The notes: generated by a model not told the origin, from the sequence alone. 63,850 nucleotides of DNA, filler included, from Lenisia limosa (GCA_001655205.1; 10 parts of 10 records of this genome joined end to end with filler, not necessarily neighbours in it), one strand, 5' to 3'. Shown: positions 13,261 to 27,461, counted from the whole stretch's first letter. Made by a program: numbers and translations.

Positions 13261-14303
13261 TCGATGAATGTTGCAAAAGAAACACTCTCGAAGGAAAAAC
13301 CAAACTCAATGCAGTCAGAGAGAAACACCGCGCGAAAAGAGCGTAGATGTTCTTCAGAAGCCTTTTTTTACAGGTCAATTTCAGTTTTATTTGAATATTT
13401 TTTTGTTCTCGAGAAGACCATCTTTATATAGAAATGAGTTAATTGAATATCACTACCAGGGGAGTTCGTGCTGCTTCCAGGTCATAAAAGGGTTTTTTCA
13501 CAAGACGGAGGTCACAACTGTCCATCCAAAGCAATTTTTTTTATTTTTTTTTTCCATTATAATCCATTCAGCGCTTCTTGGAGTCACAGTTTCAGAGAAT
13601 TTTACAAAAATGGCGCCTTGGCAACGGTTTAAAGGCTTTTGCAAATCTTTTGTGGTGGTTTGAAAAAGTCGGAAATTACATGATATAAAGGCACTTGGCC
13701 TCACACACCCAAGTTCCTTTGATAGTGGAAACCAGAAGATCCAAAGATGCGGCCAAAATTTTCATCATTTTCATGGGCTTTTGCAGTTAATGAGCCAATT
13801 GAAAAAAGTGGGGTTTTCCAAAAATCTATGGATTCCTTTTACAACCGCAATACATCTATCTTTGTATGCTTGATAGTTATAAGAATGATAAAAAATTTAC
13901 ATCACTTGCACTAGAAGCATTGATTCTTCCAAATCTAAAATTTTTCCAGCAATCGCTACCCTGCCTGGAAACGAGTCACTGTCTTCTTGTAAATCTTTTG
14001 GCTAATTAAAACCCAAAGGTTTGAACCAATTGCGTTCCGGGAAAGAGGAGAAGGCAACAAAAAGTGAAGGACATCTTCCCTCCTTACTACCGCTCATAAC
14101 ATTGTTAATGTTAAAGAGTATCGGTAACATATTTGCAAGGAGGGTAGAGAGGGAAAAGCCACTAACATCCCTTTAATAGTAAATCTACACAATAATAAGA
14201 CATCACCAAAACTAAAAATCGAAATTAGAAACATCTGAACAGACAGGGGTCATCCATTTAATTTTAGATTGTTTTTTGCTTAATTCAAAGTCTTTTTTAC
14301 AGT

Positions 14304-14865
14304 ATGTCAAAAGTAGGTTGTATGTCCTTTTTTAACTTCAATTAGTCCTCTTCAATCCAAAAGGCCAAACAAGCCGCTCGAGTTACCAAACATGGTGTGC
14401 ACACTCAGATTAGGCGTAAAATTCACAACAGGGTCCATTTTCATAGGCCCAAGACTCTTCAATTGCTTCGTGACCCAAAATATCCCAAATATGCTGTTCC
14501 AGCCGTTCTTTTTATGCCATCATTTAGGGGAAAAGAATGGACGAATTTAGAGTTGTTCGTCAACCGGTGACTTCTGAATCTGCAATGAAAAAAGTGGAAA
14601 TTGAGAACACCCTTGTTTTTTTCTGCGATCCTTTAGCAAATAAGAAACAAATTGCTTCTTCAATCACGAAAATGTATGATGTCGTTCCTTCTAAAGTTAA
14701 CACTCTTATTTGGTAAGGAATTTTATTTTGTTGACCCTTATTATAGCCCAAATGGAAAGAAAAAAGCGTTCATCAAGCTGGCTGCTGATTCTGATGCTCT
14801 TGAAGTGGCTTCCAAAATTGGTACGGAATTACATTTTTTTTTAATTATTTTCAGGTATTTTATAG
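14304..14865 (+). CDS. RPL23A: 60S ribosomal protein L23a (uL23), 5 exons
   Basis: Introns 14313-14345, 14505-14527, 14713-14746 and 14821-14854 (all GT-AG) give ...VHFHRPKTLQLLRDPKYP...QPVTSESAMKKVEIENTLVF...[33 protein letters not shown]. Confidence 0.97.
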
Positions 14866-15956
14866 AGTTGTTTTTATGTCATTTAAATACATTTTGACGA
14901 TAATAGAGGTGTAAGTTTGAATTAGAACGATTTCTTCAGGACATTTTTCATCAAGTGTGCTGCTATATGTAGATTTACGGATTGTTTCCCCCCTCTTAAT
15001 CGTAGAAGAATTTCACTACAAAGGTCGATGTCAAATAATATTCCGATTTTTTTATAGAAATATGGATCACTAGTTTCAAAAACCTGTGACAATATCAGGA
15101 TAGAATATCAAAAGGGTGTCGGTCTAAGTCTACTTTTGATAGGATCATCTATCGGTTTTGTGTAAAGCCGGAGAAACTGCGAAAACAGTGTTTTTGGAGT
15201 TTCGTCCTTTTGATAATATAAATATATGAATGGTGTTGCTCGGATGCGCAGCCTCTATATGATTTCTTAGCAAGTCGAGATCTTTTGTCGAGTTGTATAA
15301 ACAAGAAACAGCATATTATCTTTGTTTTCTTCAGTGTAAAGCCCGGGCAGCTTTCAAAACCATTTTGTATTGGCTCGGGACTGGCTCATTCAAGTAAAAG
15401 TCAAACATTCCTTTGGCCATTGATAAAAAGTAAGAAAAGAAGGGCTTTAAGGACAGTATTGTGGATACTAGTGGCTCTTTCAAAAGCCGTGATTGTTGCA
15501 TTTTTAACAACCATATCAGCAGTTAGAAAGTGAATTCCGAAAAAAAGGGGGATACGTTTAGGAAGAAATTTTTAGTTATGCCCTAATCAGTGATTTCTCA
15601 CCACTATTCTGGTCGATAAAAAGGTGATGAGGACTTCTCCAACCTCCCAATGGTAACATATAATTCATTGAAAAGCTCTATTCCACTAAAGGAGCATAGG
15701 AAGGTAATAATGCAAAATTTCCACTTTTCATTCCTCAATAAAAGGACTTTCACTCAACTCTCTCGCTTTATAACTTAATACAGTATTTAAAACATATCCA
15801 TCCCGTTTCCGAACTGATTTTTGACATTTCCTTTTGAGGCAGCCCATTTTCAGGAATCCCCCGCGGGGGGGGGGGGGGGAACNNNNNNNNNNNNNNNNNN
15901 NNNNNNNNNNNNNNNNNNNNNNNNNNNNNNNNNNNNNNNNNNNNNNNNNNNNNNAA

Positions 15957-17337
<1,381 letters not shown>

Positions 17338-17992
17338 ATGTCTTAGCTATATATATTTTACAACTGTACCGAAGTACTAAATCGATAGAGGGGGTCCAAA
17401 CTGCAAACGGGGTAAGGAGTGGGTAACCCATGGGGGTGCCAACTCCTAGGAATTAAGATTTAATCAATAGCAATAGTTTCAATAAGTCAAGAAGTCAGTA
17501 AGTTATTATTTATTATTATTAGGTGAAGGTACATAATTGTGTCCACTTTTTCATTCTTTAAATTTTTTGCTTTAAAAACCCTTCGTATGAATAATNNNNN
17601 NNNNNTAAATTATTTTGGGCTGAGTCCACGATGGTTTTTTGACTTCTAAATTGTGATAATAAAGGAAAGTAATTACTGTTGCATGTTTACTCTTGTCTCA
17701 ACACACTCTTTTTCTTGACTCCTAACGTTGTGAGCTTTTGGGCTTCTTAATGTTGTTAGAGAAGAAGAAAGAATAGTGATTCTAAGGAACAGTTTCCCCC
17801 ACTTTTTCNNNNNNNNNNNNNNNNNNNNNNNNNNNNNNNNNNNNNNNNNNNNNNNNNNNNNNNNNNNNNNNNNNNNNNNNNNNNNNNNNNNNNNNNNNNN
17901 NNNNNNNNNNNNNNNNNNNNNNNNNNNNNNNNNNNNNNNNNNNNNNNNNNNNNNNNNNNNNNNNNNNNNNNNNNNNNNNNNNNNNNNNNNNN

Positions 17993-18327
17993 GCAGGCAA
18001 GAGTAGAGGGCCGTTCGTGGAGGAGGTTGGAGGGCATGAGCAAATGCACACTCCGAATTTGGCAAGTGCGAAGCAGTCTTGGCAGGGTTCAGGAAAAGAA
18101 GTCACAATGAGGGATGCTCGAGCAAACGCTGACTTAATCTTGTCCTTGGAGGTTGCAATATGCAGGCCCTCTAGGGAAGACTTGATCGCACAGCACCTGT
18201 TCGCAGAAGAACTAATGTCCACAGGTGTGTTTCTTGAAAGCAAGTCCTTCAGAATATTGGGGAGGATGCACTTCAAGATTCCAAAGGTCACAAGATCTAG
18301 GGGTTGGGTGGCTTGGGAAGAATGGGA
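17993..18327 (-). mobile_element. DDE_1 (pogo/Fot1-like, Tc1/mariner superfamily) transposase fragment, cut by gap and scaffold end
   Basis: The frame from 18327 reads SHSSQATQPLDLVTFGILK...LHIATSKDKIKSAFARASLI, matching the PxHSSHxxQPLDxxxFGxLK and downstream I.SAF..xG consensus of DDE_1. Confidence 0.72.
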
Positions 18328-18371
18328 NNNNNNNNNNNNNNNNNNNNNNNNNNNNNNNNNNNNNNNNNNNN

Positions 18372-18383
18372 TTAATTAATTAA
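18372..18383. other. Artificial scaffold-joining linker
   Basis: TTAATTAATTAA within the N run. Confidence 0.97.
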
Positions 18384-18451
18384 NNNNNNNNNNNNNNNNN
18401 NNNNNNNNNNNNNNNNNNNNNNNNNNNGTTTGTTTTAGCATACGCTGGAGC

Positions 18452-18570
18452 GATGGGATGCGGTGTTGAAGAAACAGCTGGCCTGGGCTTTCTCTCTTTG
18501 TTGTTTTCAATCCTTGTGTGTTGTTCAAAACAGAGTTGATTCTAGTCCCCTTTTTTTTTGTTATGTTTTT
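18452..18570 (+). repeat. Intron-resident repeat family I, diverged copy
   Basis: GATGGGATGCGGTGTTGAAG...GGCCTGGGCTTT...TCAATCCTTGTGTGTTG...ACAGAGTTGATT aligns with the other copies. Confidence 0.75.
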
Positions 18571-18780
18571 TTGTTTGTCAGATTATTCGATTCGTAATTA
18601 ACTTTACGCCAATATTCTTCATCGAAATTTCCTTCGTTTCTTATCAACCCTTTTGTGTTGTANNNNNNNNNNNNNNNNNNNNNNNNNNNNNNNNNNNNNN
18701 NNNNNNNNNNNNNNNNNNNNNNNNNNNNNNNNNNNNNNNNNNNNNNNNNNNNNNNNNNNNNNNNNNNNNNNNNNNNNNNN

Positions 18781-18971
18781 GGCGGCCGTCCAGACGTATT
18801 CGTCTCTCACGCCGCCGCGCGCCCAGCCAATTACTGGGCATTCCGTCAACCTCCCGCCCGAGCTGCTTGGACATCTCGACTTCCTCCGCCATCCCCAAGC
18901 CGTTATGGTGTCGGCCGTTAGTGACGTTGTTGCTCCTCAACCGGCGGATCCGAGAGTCTTATCGCGGAGGG
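18781..18971 (+). CDS. GC-rich exon of an unknown gene
   Basis: Open frame AAVQTYSSLTPPRAQPITGHSVNLPPELLGHLDFLRHPQAVMVSAV..., ending at a GT donor. Confidence 0.4.
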
Positions 18972-19409
18972 CGGTATATTTCGTAGGGGCTGGTTTCTGA
19001 CAAAGATGCGGCTGTTAAGTTGATATCTTTGTACATACAGGGATGATACAAATGGCTTTTCAATCTTTTCACACCTTAGAACCAAGATATGCTGCCTATG
19101 GAAGGTCATCATCACGAAATGTATGTAAATTAGAAAGGTTGTTTCTTGTATAGTATTGTGTTATTTGTGTACAATTCATTTTAAGTGTTTCAATAAATGA
19201 GGAGTCTAAAAACTGTACCAAGATTCATTGAGGGATAGATCAAAATAAGAAAAACAATATGCATATGATGTGTGTTTATGTATATTGTTTTGCAAATAAC
19301 GGATCAAAGGGGAAGAAAACCACTTTAGTAGTAGAATGATCTATTTTAGATCATAGAAACAGAATAAATAGAAGAAAACACACTAAGTTTACATGCACCG
19401 ATTTCCGAT

Positions 19410-20375
19410 TTACAAGAGGACACACTTCTTCTTTTTGGGTGCTTCCTCCTTGAAAAGAACCGCCTAGGGACAGGTGAATGAATGGAGCGAGGGGGGAGAT
19501 GAAATATTGAACCCCACTGAATTTGTTATAATCTCAGGCAGATTATTACTACAATTGTTTATAAGGAAAGAAGAGCGCGGGGAGAGGAGAAGAGGTCAAG
19601 ACAGTTTCACCAAAAACACTCTTGATCAAAACCCGTCTTCCCACCTTCACAGCATGATCAAAAACTTCCTTAAGACCATCACGTGTACGGGCTGAGCATT
19701 CCTTATAGTCCACAGCAGAAATTCGCTTGGCCATTTCTTGTCCCTGTGAAATAAGACTATATCCACAGATTCCATCACTTAAAAACGGATAACCAACCTG
19801 CTGGGTGGTGATTGCCTCGGGGTTTTCTTCACGAAGATCAACCTTGGTTCCGACAAGGATAATAGGAACACCAGGAGCGTGTTGGACAACCTCAGGGTAC
19901 CACTAAGAGGGTCAGTCGATCATTAGAGCAGCGAAAAAGAAATTGAGGAAGAACAACTCCCCCAAAAACCTTAGCCAGAGCATTATCATATGAATTCTTT
20001 GATGTTAATGAGAAACAGAGGAGGAAAACATCAGTTCCGGGGTAGGAAAGTGGGCGAAGACGATCATAATCTTCCTGTCCTGAAATTATGTTATTTATGC
20101 TCTAATCAAGGTGAAACAAACCAGCAGTATCCCAAAGTCCAAGATGAATCACACAGTCTGAGGTGTTCAGGTCAACCACGTAGTTATCAAACACAGTGGG
20201 GACATAGCTCTCAGGGAATTTGTTGTTGGCATAAGAAATGAGGAGGCAAGTCTTTCCAACAGCACCATCACCAACCACCACAAGTTTAATACTCTTCTCG
20301 TTTTCGCTCTAAAGAGTTACAAGTGTCCTTGAAGGTTGACATTGTAAAAAAGATTCTAAAAAAAGCACTTACCAT
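19410..20375 (-). CDS. RAC: Rho-family small GTPase, Rac-like, 6 exons
   Basis: [27 protein letters not shown]...YVPTVFDNY...[19 protein letters not shown]...VGTKVDLR...ECSA...KKKKCVLL* (CAAX); all introns GT-AG. Confidence 0.96.
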
Positions 20376-21615
20376 TATTGGTTAATGGGTTATTTAAACT
20401 TGATATATAGGCTAAAACACGAATAAAATTTCTATAACGCTTTTTTAATTCTTTTTTTTCTTTTTATTGGATTTCTTCGAAAAAAAATATCGAAGCATTT
20501 CAAATTTTTCCCGTACCGGTGCTTATAATTTCTCCGATCCTCCGATTTTGAAAGCCAAGTTAACGATGGCGTCTGCCCGCTTTTGCACTTTCTTTTCGAT
20601 AAAAGAAAAATAAGGAGAATGATGAAGAGCCTAAACCCTTTGTAATAAGCGCGCTGTACACAAGATCTTTCATTCAGCACAGACTGACCTGTCTTCCTGT
20701 AAATCAACGTGAGTTGGACGTTTTTTTTTTGTTGTTGCTGTATTATATTGTTGTTGTTATATTTCCATATCACATGACCTTCAGAAGATAGTGGTAGTTA
20801 TGATCTGATTGACGTGACCTTCTGTTTCTGTTCTTGTTCTATTCAGGTTGTGATTATCATTTTGTTCATTCCACTATAACTCAAGCATTTTCCCGCCGTT
20901 TTTTTTTTTTTTTCAGTGATTTTATCTTGCAGAAGCGACTTATTTGTTTATTATTGCATACCCTCGGTTTTTTCCCAAATAGTTTGCCTTTGATTTTGGG
21001 TTTGTTTTTTGTTTCAAAAATTATTGATTCTCCCTCCCCCACTTTTGTGCCAAATTGATTTGTCTGTGTTGTGAAGTGTTGTCGCTGTTTTTGCGCTTTG
21101 TTTGTGGTACCTTTACACCCATATTCCTCATCGAAATTTCTTCCATTTTACTCCCAAAATGACATTGATTCAGTTATCTACACCTCCTTGATTTCCCCAT
21201 TCAAGAACCATGATATAAGGTGAGCGGAGGTACTTCAATATTTTTAATTGGTAAGATTTTTCTCTCAATAACCGTTTTTAACACATTAATTCAATGCATG
21301 AAGTTAAATAACACTGGGGTAATACATAAAAAAAAGTCGATCCTCAAAAATATTTCGATATTTATCCAGTATATATTTACTGTCTGTTTTGTTTGAAGCG
21401 GAGGTAAGCCTTCGCTGCGTCTATTTAAATACCTAGTAAATCTCCCTGAAACTCTGTGCATACTCTTTTTATTTGATACCCACACAATCGAATGACTAAC
21501 ATCAGGATTCAAGTTAATGGATACTTAATCACCAAGTCAAGCAAACTTAGCTCTTGCAAACATATTTTATTTTATCTTTTCAGACTTTATTGCAGCACTT
21601 CAGCCTTGTCACCCA

Positions 21616-22896
21616 TTGGCCAGCTGCCACCATATTGTGATGATGCACCGGATTACTCCACGCATCCAGGAAATTTGCGATGCTGGTGGAACCAGCGCAA
21701 AGGAAAGGAGCCAAAAGCCTCCAAAAGTACAGTTCTGCCCAATGCCAATCTACAATCCCTCCTCCAATCCCAATTCGATGCTTGGTCACCCCTTCAAACT
21801 CCCGGGTGCCACATACATTACACCGCCCCACAGAGCCCCCATCTACGCCGGCGTAAAGCCGCAGAACTTTGCCCAAGCCCTAAAAGACCAAAAGTCAACG
21901 CTGCTCTCAGCCCGGCTCGGCATTGCCAATTTTTCGTCAGTCAAAGCCTCGCACCCATCACTGCAGTCGCGCAAGAAGCCCAAAATGCCCCCCGTAGATC
22001 CCAAGGAAGAAACACCCTGCCGCAAGCGGAAAAGGGCCCCGAAACGACCGAAAATTTCGCGCAAAAGTAGTGAGCGACAAATTCGGTTTTCTACCTATAC
22101 ACCCCCGGTTGCCAAACCCCAAGAGTCCATAACTGCACCTCGAAATAGCGGCATGTCCCGGGCGTCATCCCCCGTTCATCCCCTCCTCGACCTCCTGTCC
22201 AACCCTATCCGAAATGACCTCTACCACCCGGCCCGCCCTCCATTGAGCTGGTACCCCCGCAATCCAAACGCATCCGCTACCACGCCAAGTTCCACGCCTC
22301 ACGCAAAAGCTGGCGTGGGTACCACGCTACAACACTCCACATCACCACTGGTCCAAGATCACTTGCCCAGCTCCAAATTCCCTGTTTTTGCCAACCCCAG
22401 CACCTGGGATGCCAAACGGGTAGCTCATGAAAATGCGCTACGCCAGCGCATGACCGAAAACACCGCACGCTACGAAGGAATAAAAAAAGACGGCTCGACC
22501 TCGCAGAATCTCCCTCCTCCCGCCATACAGACCCGTCCTCCTCCCCTCATGACAAAAAACCAGCACCTGCCCTCCATAGTAGTAAAAAACTACGCGAAAC
22601 CCGTCGTGGCGACCTTACCGAAGCCGAACATCGTGTTCTCGGGACACGAACCCAGTTCAAGCCTTCCCGTGCCGACTAAAATCAAGGAGGTTGCCCCGTT
22701 ACCCGACCTTCCAAGCTTCCCCTTTCTCCAAGAAGACTCCGATATGCCGGATCTCTCATATCTGCACAGCTTTTCAAGTTGCACGGACGCTAGTTTACTG
22801 AAGCAAGATGCTCCTGTCTGTGGTGTTTTAAAAGGAGGAGTTATTTTATTGCCTATTCTGAAAGTTCAAAGAGGGATTGTTAATTATGATTATTAA
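21616..22896 (+). CDS. Large Pro/Ser-rich exon (426-aa open frame) of an unknown gene
   Basis: 1.28-kb stop-free GC-rich frame in AT-rich surroundings; likely extra exons at ~21160 and 23010-23200; no domain recognised. Confidence 0.6.
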   Translation: MASCHHIVMMHRITPRIQEICDAGGTSAKERSQKPPKVQFCPMPIYNPSSNPNSMLGHPFKLPGATYITPPHRAPIYAGVKPQNFAQALKDQKSTLLSARLGIANFSSVKASHPSLQSRKKPKMPPVDPKEETPCRKRKRAPKRPKISRKSSERQIRFSTYTPPVAKPQESITAPRNSGMSRASSPVHPLLDLLSNPIRNDLYHPARPPLSWYPRNPNASATTPSSTPHAKAGVGTTLQHSTSPLVQDHLPSSKFPVFANPSTWDAKRVAHENALRQRMTENTARYEGIKKDGSTSQNLPPPAIQTRPPPLMTKNQHLPSIVVKNYAKPVVATLPKPNIVFSGHEPSSSLPVPTKIKEVAPLPDLPSFPFLQEDSDMPDLSYLHSFSSCTDASLLKQDAPVCGVLKGGVILLPILKVQRGIVNYDY

Positions 22897-23446
22897 TCTC
22901 AATAATCAATAATCCTAAATTGGTTTAGAATTGTTACCGGTCCTTCATTTGGTATAACACTGTACACTTTTTGAATTTCCCCATTCATTGATAAACAGGT
23001 TTTCAGTAAAATGTGAGCAGTGTATCATCTCTTGACACCACCACCCCACAGATATCACGTCCATCATCTCCGGACGATTCTCTACCTGACAATTCTATAC
23101 CTGGTACTCCCCCATTGTACGCAGACGATTCTCTACCTGCTACTCCCCCCTTGTACACAGAGCAGTCCCCTCTTGCAAATTCGCCACCAAAAAGGTACTT
23201 CAGAGTTCTCTTATGATCCGAAAAGACTGTGCAAATATCGATAATCATCGAGCTTTTAACAAGATATGTTTTTGACCATATGGAAAATAATGTCTTTTTT
23301 CCAGTGTTTTGTTGAAGCTCTCACACACATTAATAGTCATCTTATTCGCAATTGCTGCTCTTTTGATAAATGAGAGAGAAAAAGGCGTATTATTTGGTGA
23401 AAGGGAATGACTATGCTTCCCTGTTATGACCCGCCTTTTGCTTTTT

Positions 23447-23520
23447 GGCTTTTGTTTGTTTTGTTATTATCAACCCTCGTGTATTATCAGCCAACAGAGT
23501 TCAATTTTCTCTATCTCCCC
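23447..23520 (+). repeat. Repeat family I, truncated copy
   Basis: GGCTTTTGTTTGTTTTGTTATTATCAACCCTCGTGTATTATCAGCCAACAGAGTT. Confidence 0.8.
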
Positions 23521-23590
23521 CTGTTGCCTTTTCTCTTGTGGACTTACATAGATACGTAGTACATATCTGACAAATAACTAAAAAAGCGAC

Positions 23591-23686
23591 TATTAGGGCT
23601 CCGTGCAATTATCTTAAAAATTAAAGTGTCTGAAATGCAATAGGTCTCACTTTTAATTTTCCAATTAATTGCACGGAGCCCTAATA
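23591..23686. mobile_element. MITE family B (96 bp, perfect 21-bp TIR)
   Basis: TATTAGGGCTCCGTGCAATTA (23591-23611) and its exact reverse complement (23666-23686). Confidence 0.8.
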
Positions 23687-24050
23687 CTCAATACAACCTC
23701 GGGATACAAGACAAATACAGTGTTTTTGCTCATTACATTTTTTAGTGTTCCGATGCGCTTCAGCACCCCCGAGATTCAAGACGTCCCCGTTGAGAGCGGT
23801 GAGGATGGCATGCTATTCTTATGAATAGTTCGAACAACCGATAAAATATCAATATTTATTCATCATGTTGTTGAAACCTTTTGTTTCTGATTTTACGTAC
23901 ATATTGATTGTATAATACATGATGCATTCTCAACCCTCTTCCATAGTCAAATTATTTACTTTTTCTCTCTATTTTGCCTCAATTGAAACAAGTCACCCCC
24001 CAGACCGTACCTCTTCGCCGAAAGCAGACCTATTGGTAAGGGGTGAGATG

Positions 24051-24145
24051 TAGGGCTTCACTTCGGTTCGAAAAAGACCGGTAAAATATCGATAGGTTTC
24101 GAGGATTTATCGAGACATTATTATTCGAACCGAATTGAAGCCCCA
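24051..24145. mobile_element. MITE family A, full copy, probably intronic
   Basis: 22-bp TIR TAGGGCTTCACTTCGGTTCGAA / TTCGAACCGAATTGAAGCCCCA (20/22 match); flanks GTGAGATG and GTGCTATG (6/8). Confidence 0.85.
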
Positions 24146-24211
24146 GTGCTATGGTGGAATCTCTGTGGTTGCCTAGAATGGAGTCTTCGTCCACTTCCCC
24201 CCCCCCTCAGC

Positions 24212-24315
24212 GGCCTGGGTTTTGGTTTTGTTGTTCTTAACCCTGGTGTGTGTGTCATTTGTTATAAATCAGTTGATTTTGGGTTCTTTTTTTTCAAATT
24301 ACCACACCCCCACAG
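24212..24315 (+). repeat. Repeat family I copy ending at a putative acceptor CAG
   Basis: GCCTGGGTTTTGGTTTTGTTGTTCTTAACCCTGGTGTG...CAGTTGATTTTGGG...CCCCCACAG, followed by an open exon-like frame PATEEPGTPLSLGAAREVHSFEKAPVRG|GT. Confidence 0.75.
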
Positions 24316-26592
24316 CCAGCCACAGAAGAGCCGGGTACGCCACTTAGCCTTGGCGCTGCGCGTGAGGTGCACAGTTTTGAGAAAGCTCCGGTACGCGGGG
24401 TAAATATGGGGGGAGGGGGGGGGGCTGAAAAATGAACCTAACAAAGCTCTTGCTGTTTCAGTCTTCATCAAAAGCTTCTATTGAGAACCGTCTAGAGTCA
24501 TTGTTTAGTATCCGAATGTATCTGTCGACTGCAGCCAACACCCAAGGATGAGACTGGTGGGATGTTCTGTTTCATTTGACCTGGGGAAGTGATATACTCC
24601 GTCTATCTTTCTTTGGTGCCATCCACAGAGTAATAAGCCCAATGCTATCAACCCACTCGTAGAATCCCCCCCCCCCCCCCCCCCCNNNNNNNNNNNNNNN
24701 NNNNNNNNNNNNNNNNNNNNNNNNNNNNNNNNNNNNNNNNNNNNNNNNNNNNNNNNNNNNNNNNNNNNNNNNNNNNNNNNNNNNNNNNNNNNNNNNNNNN
24801 NNNNNNNNNNNNNNNNAACTTACCCATGTTCAGGCTCCCACTTTAACTCCGCCCAATCACAACGCGCCCTCAGCTGCCCCCCTGTCAGCTTTTGTATTAT
24901 GGCGGCGCTAACACCCTCATGTTTCTATTTTTGGGAGGATTTCTTGGTTTTGTATTGCTTTTGCTGTGTTTTTGCTGTAATTTTGGGGTTTGTATTTTTA
25001 CTGTATGTGTTGATTCTGATGTATATTAGTCTTGTTTTTGTTATTCGTGTGGGGTTGGATGACACGCTTAAGATGTACAGTGTCCCGAGGGGTGAAGTGA
25101 AGCCCATCCAATGCTTATTTCTATATGATAATTACAGTGTCCCAGGGGTGAAGTCCCTCCCTACGCTTATTTCTATATGATAGTTAAAGTGATATGGTGG
25201 CTTTGGATATAGAAAAATAACAACAACAAAAAATACACAAGGGTATCATAAAAATATAATATATCGAAGGGGGTGAGGGGAGGGGTAATCTTTGAGGACA
25301 GCTTTTTGCGTTCAAATTTCTTTCTCCCCTCTGCGTACCTCCATTTTGAAATCGGAAACAGCATAACATCAAAAAACAAGAACAAATCAAGAACATTGGT
25401 AAGAAACCATAATAACATTAAAAAATACTCATGGGGGAGCCTCGCGTGGGGAACTGGGCGGATTAGTGGATAACTCTTCTTCAGCCCAGGATGGCTTTAA
25501 ATCAAAACAAGATATAAACATGGGGATACCAAAAAAAACAACATACCATCAGTCAAATATTGATATTTTCTTCATGTGATAGAGCATCATCATGTGTAAA
25601 ACAATAACCCGCCAACTCATCTGTAGGTCGTTTCCACGGTCGTGGTGAATTTCTTGGCTTTTTCCTCATAGAAGAGAAGGACGGTGTCGACGTCAGCGAC
25701 GACAGGGATCGTAAGGGGGGAAGCGAAGGTGCCGATTTGCTAAATCATCAGAACAAGGATGAGGACTACTCAAAACCAAAATGGGTTTTACAGAAATATG
25801 TACATTGTAATATGGTCTACATGGCATTTTACAGTTGATATCCAAACTAGATTCACGATGTAATCTGAACAGAGCCCTAAATCAATGATTATGTTCAACA
25901 AGAGCACCCCACACAGCGATAACGATACTACTCCCCCACAGAGTATTTTTTTTTTTAAAAAACATATGCATAGAATACAAGACAAGGGAAACAAATACAT
26001 ATGAAGATATATGGAGAAATGGGAATTTTAAATAGATGAATCTCCTCCTTCCAATGTCCATCCTGGTCACATCCCTCCAATGTCCGTCCTGGTCACACCA
26101 TATACACATGTATGCACCCCCCCCCCGGCCGCGCACATGACTTTCGGTTGCGGAGTCCGGTGCTGCGGTATTCTCGGGGTCATGGTTCGGGCTAGCGCGA
26201 TCATAGATCCCTCGGGGGGAGGAGCCCTGGGGGGGGGGGTAAATGGACAATAATATATGACACAGTAAACCCAGAATCAACGTTTTGTTTTTAGTTGATA
26301 ATCAAGAACATATTAACAAAAGAAATAGTATATAAAACAACACCCAAATGCCAATGAACTCCTTAAGCTCACGCATAAACAGATGCCAAAAAAAAACACA
26401 GCAAGATGACTGGTTTTATACATTCAGGTCGGAGCTTACTTGTGCATTTGGGGTGTTAGCATGACTAACGCATATTTACGTGAAATATCTGCACGTGACG
26501 CAATCTAAAGACAGTAAATTCCTGTATTCAAAATCAGAAAGGAAGTAGTAAGTCTTGTATTGCCAATGTGAGTTATTCCATATTGCTCCCCC

Positions 26593-26704
26593 GGATGCAG
26601 TGCGGTGCTTAGTTTGTTTTGTTGTTATCAAGCCTCGTGTGTCATCAGCCAACAGAGTTGATTTTGGGCTTTTTTTGTTTCATGAATTTTCCTATTACCC
26701 CCCC
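26593..26704 (+). repeat. Repeat family I copy
   Basis: ...TTGTTGTTATCAAGCCTCGTGTGTCATCAGCCAACAGAGTTGATTTTGGGCTTTTTTTGTTTCATGAATTTTCCTATTACCCCCCC. Confidence 0.85.
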
Positions 26705-27449
26705 ACATTGCCGTCGACAACAACGGAATCGTCCGGGGCAGCTTTCACACAGCTTTCCGCCACTCCGACAGCCCGTCCAAACACAAGGTATCTGCGGGAA
26801 AGAGTCAGGCCCAACACAAGATGTCAGGGGGAAAGAGTCAAGCCAAACAGAATTAATTTATGAAACACAGAAAAAAAAGTCCTTTTACTAAGATTTAAAA
26901 CAGTCATATGGTCGAAGCTTTCCACAGCATCACGTTTTGAAGGACATAGGGTTTAAGGTAATATAAATAATAATTGATTTGGAAACAAAACGATCAAAGG
27001 AAATGCTCAAAAAACAAATAATAAAATAAAAATAATAGCCAAACTCAATCATAAATATATTCAAACAAATATCAAACTTTTGATAAGAGACTGTCTAGAC
27101 ATGCCTTGTTTTTGACATAAGCTTGTGAAAAGGCGCAAAGCAAGATTTTGCAATAAAAACACAATAGTAGTATTAGAAAACCCCGTAGTACCATCACCCC
27201 ACCCACCTTGGAGTGAGTTTGCCGACAATAGAGCCCCAGATAGTACCCATGGACAGCCCCACAGCGGTGCTCAGCGAGGACTCATTGACACCCGTCTGAT
27301 GGGGTGAGGAATGGGTTGAAGTGGGGTGAGGGAATTTGGACCCTAAATCAAAGATTTGGAAGGCAAGAACGGGGTAAACAAAACGAAATCGGTTATGTAA
27401 TAAACNNNNNNNNNNNNNNNNNNNNNNNNNNNNNNNNNNNNNNNNNNNN

Positions 27450-27461
27450 TTAATTAATTAA
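27450..27461. other. Artificial scaffold-joining linker
   Basis: TTAATTAATTAA within the N run. Confidence 0.97.

Noticed and set aside
13498-13704. TTKDLQKPLN as a DDE_1 QPLD motif
   Set aside because: Poor match, and on the opposite strand to the adjacent KE-rich remnant.
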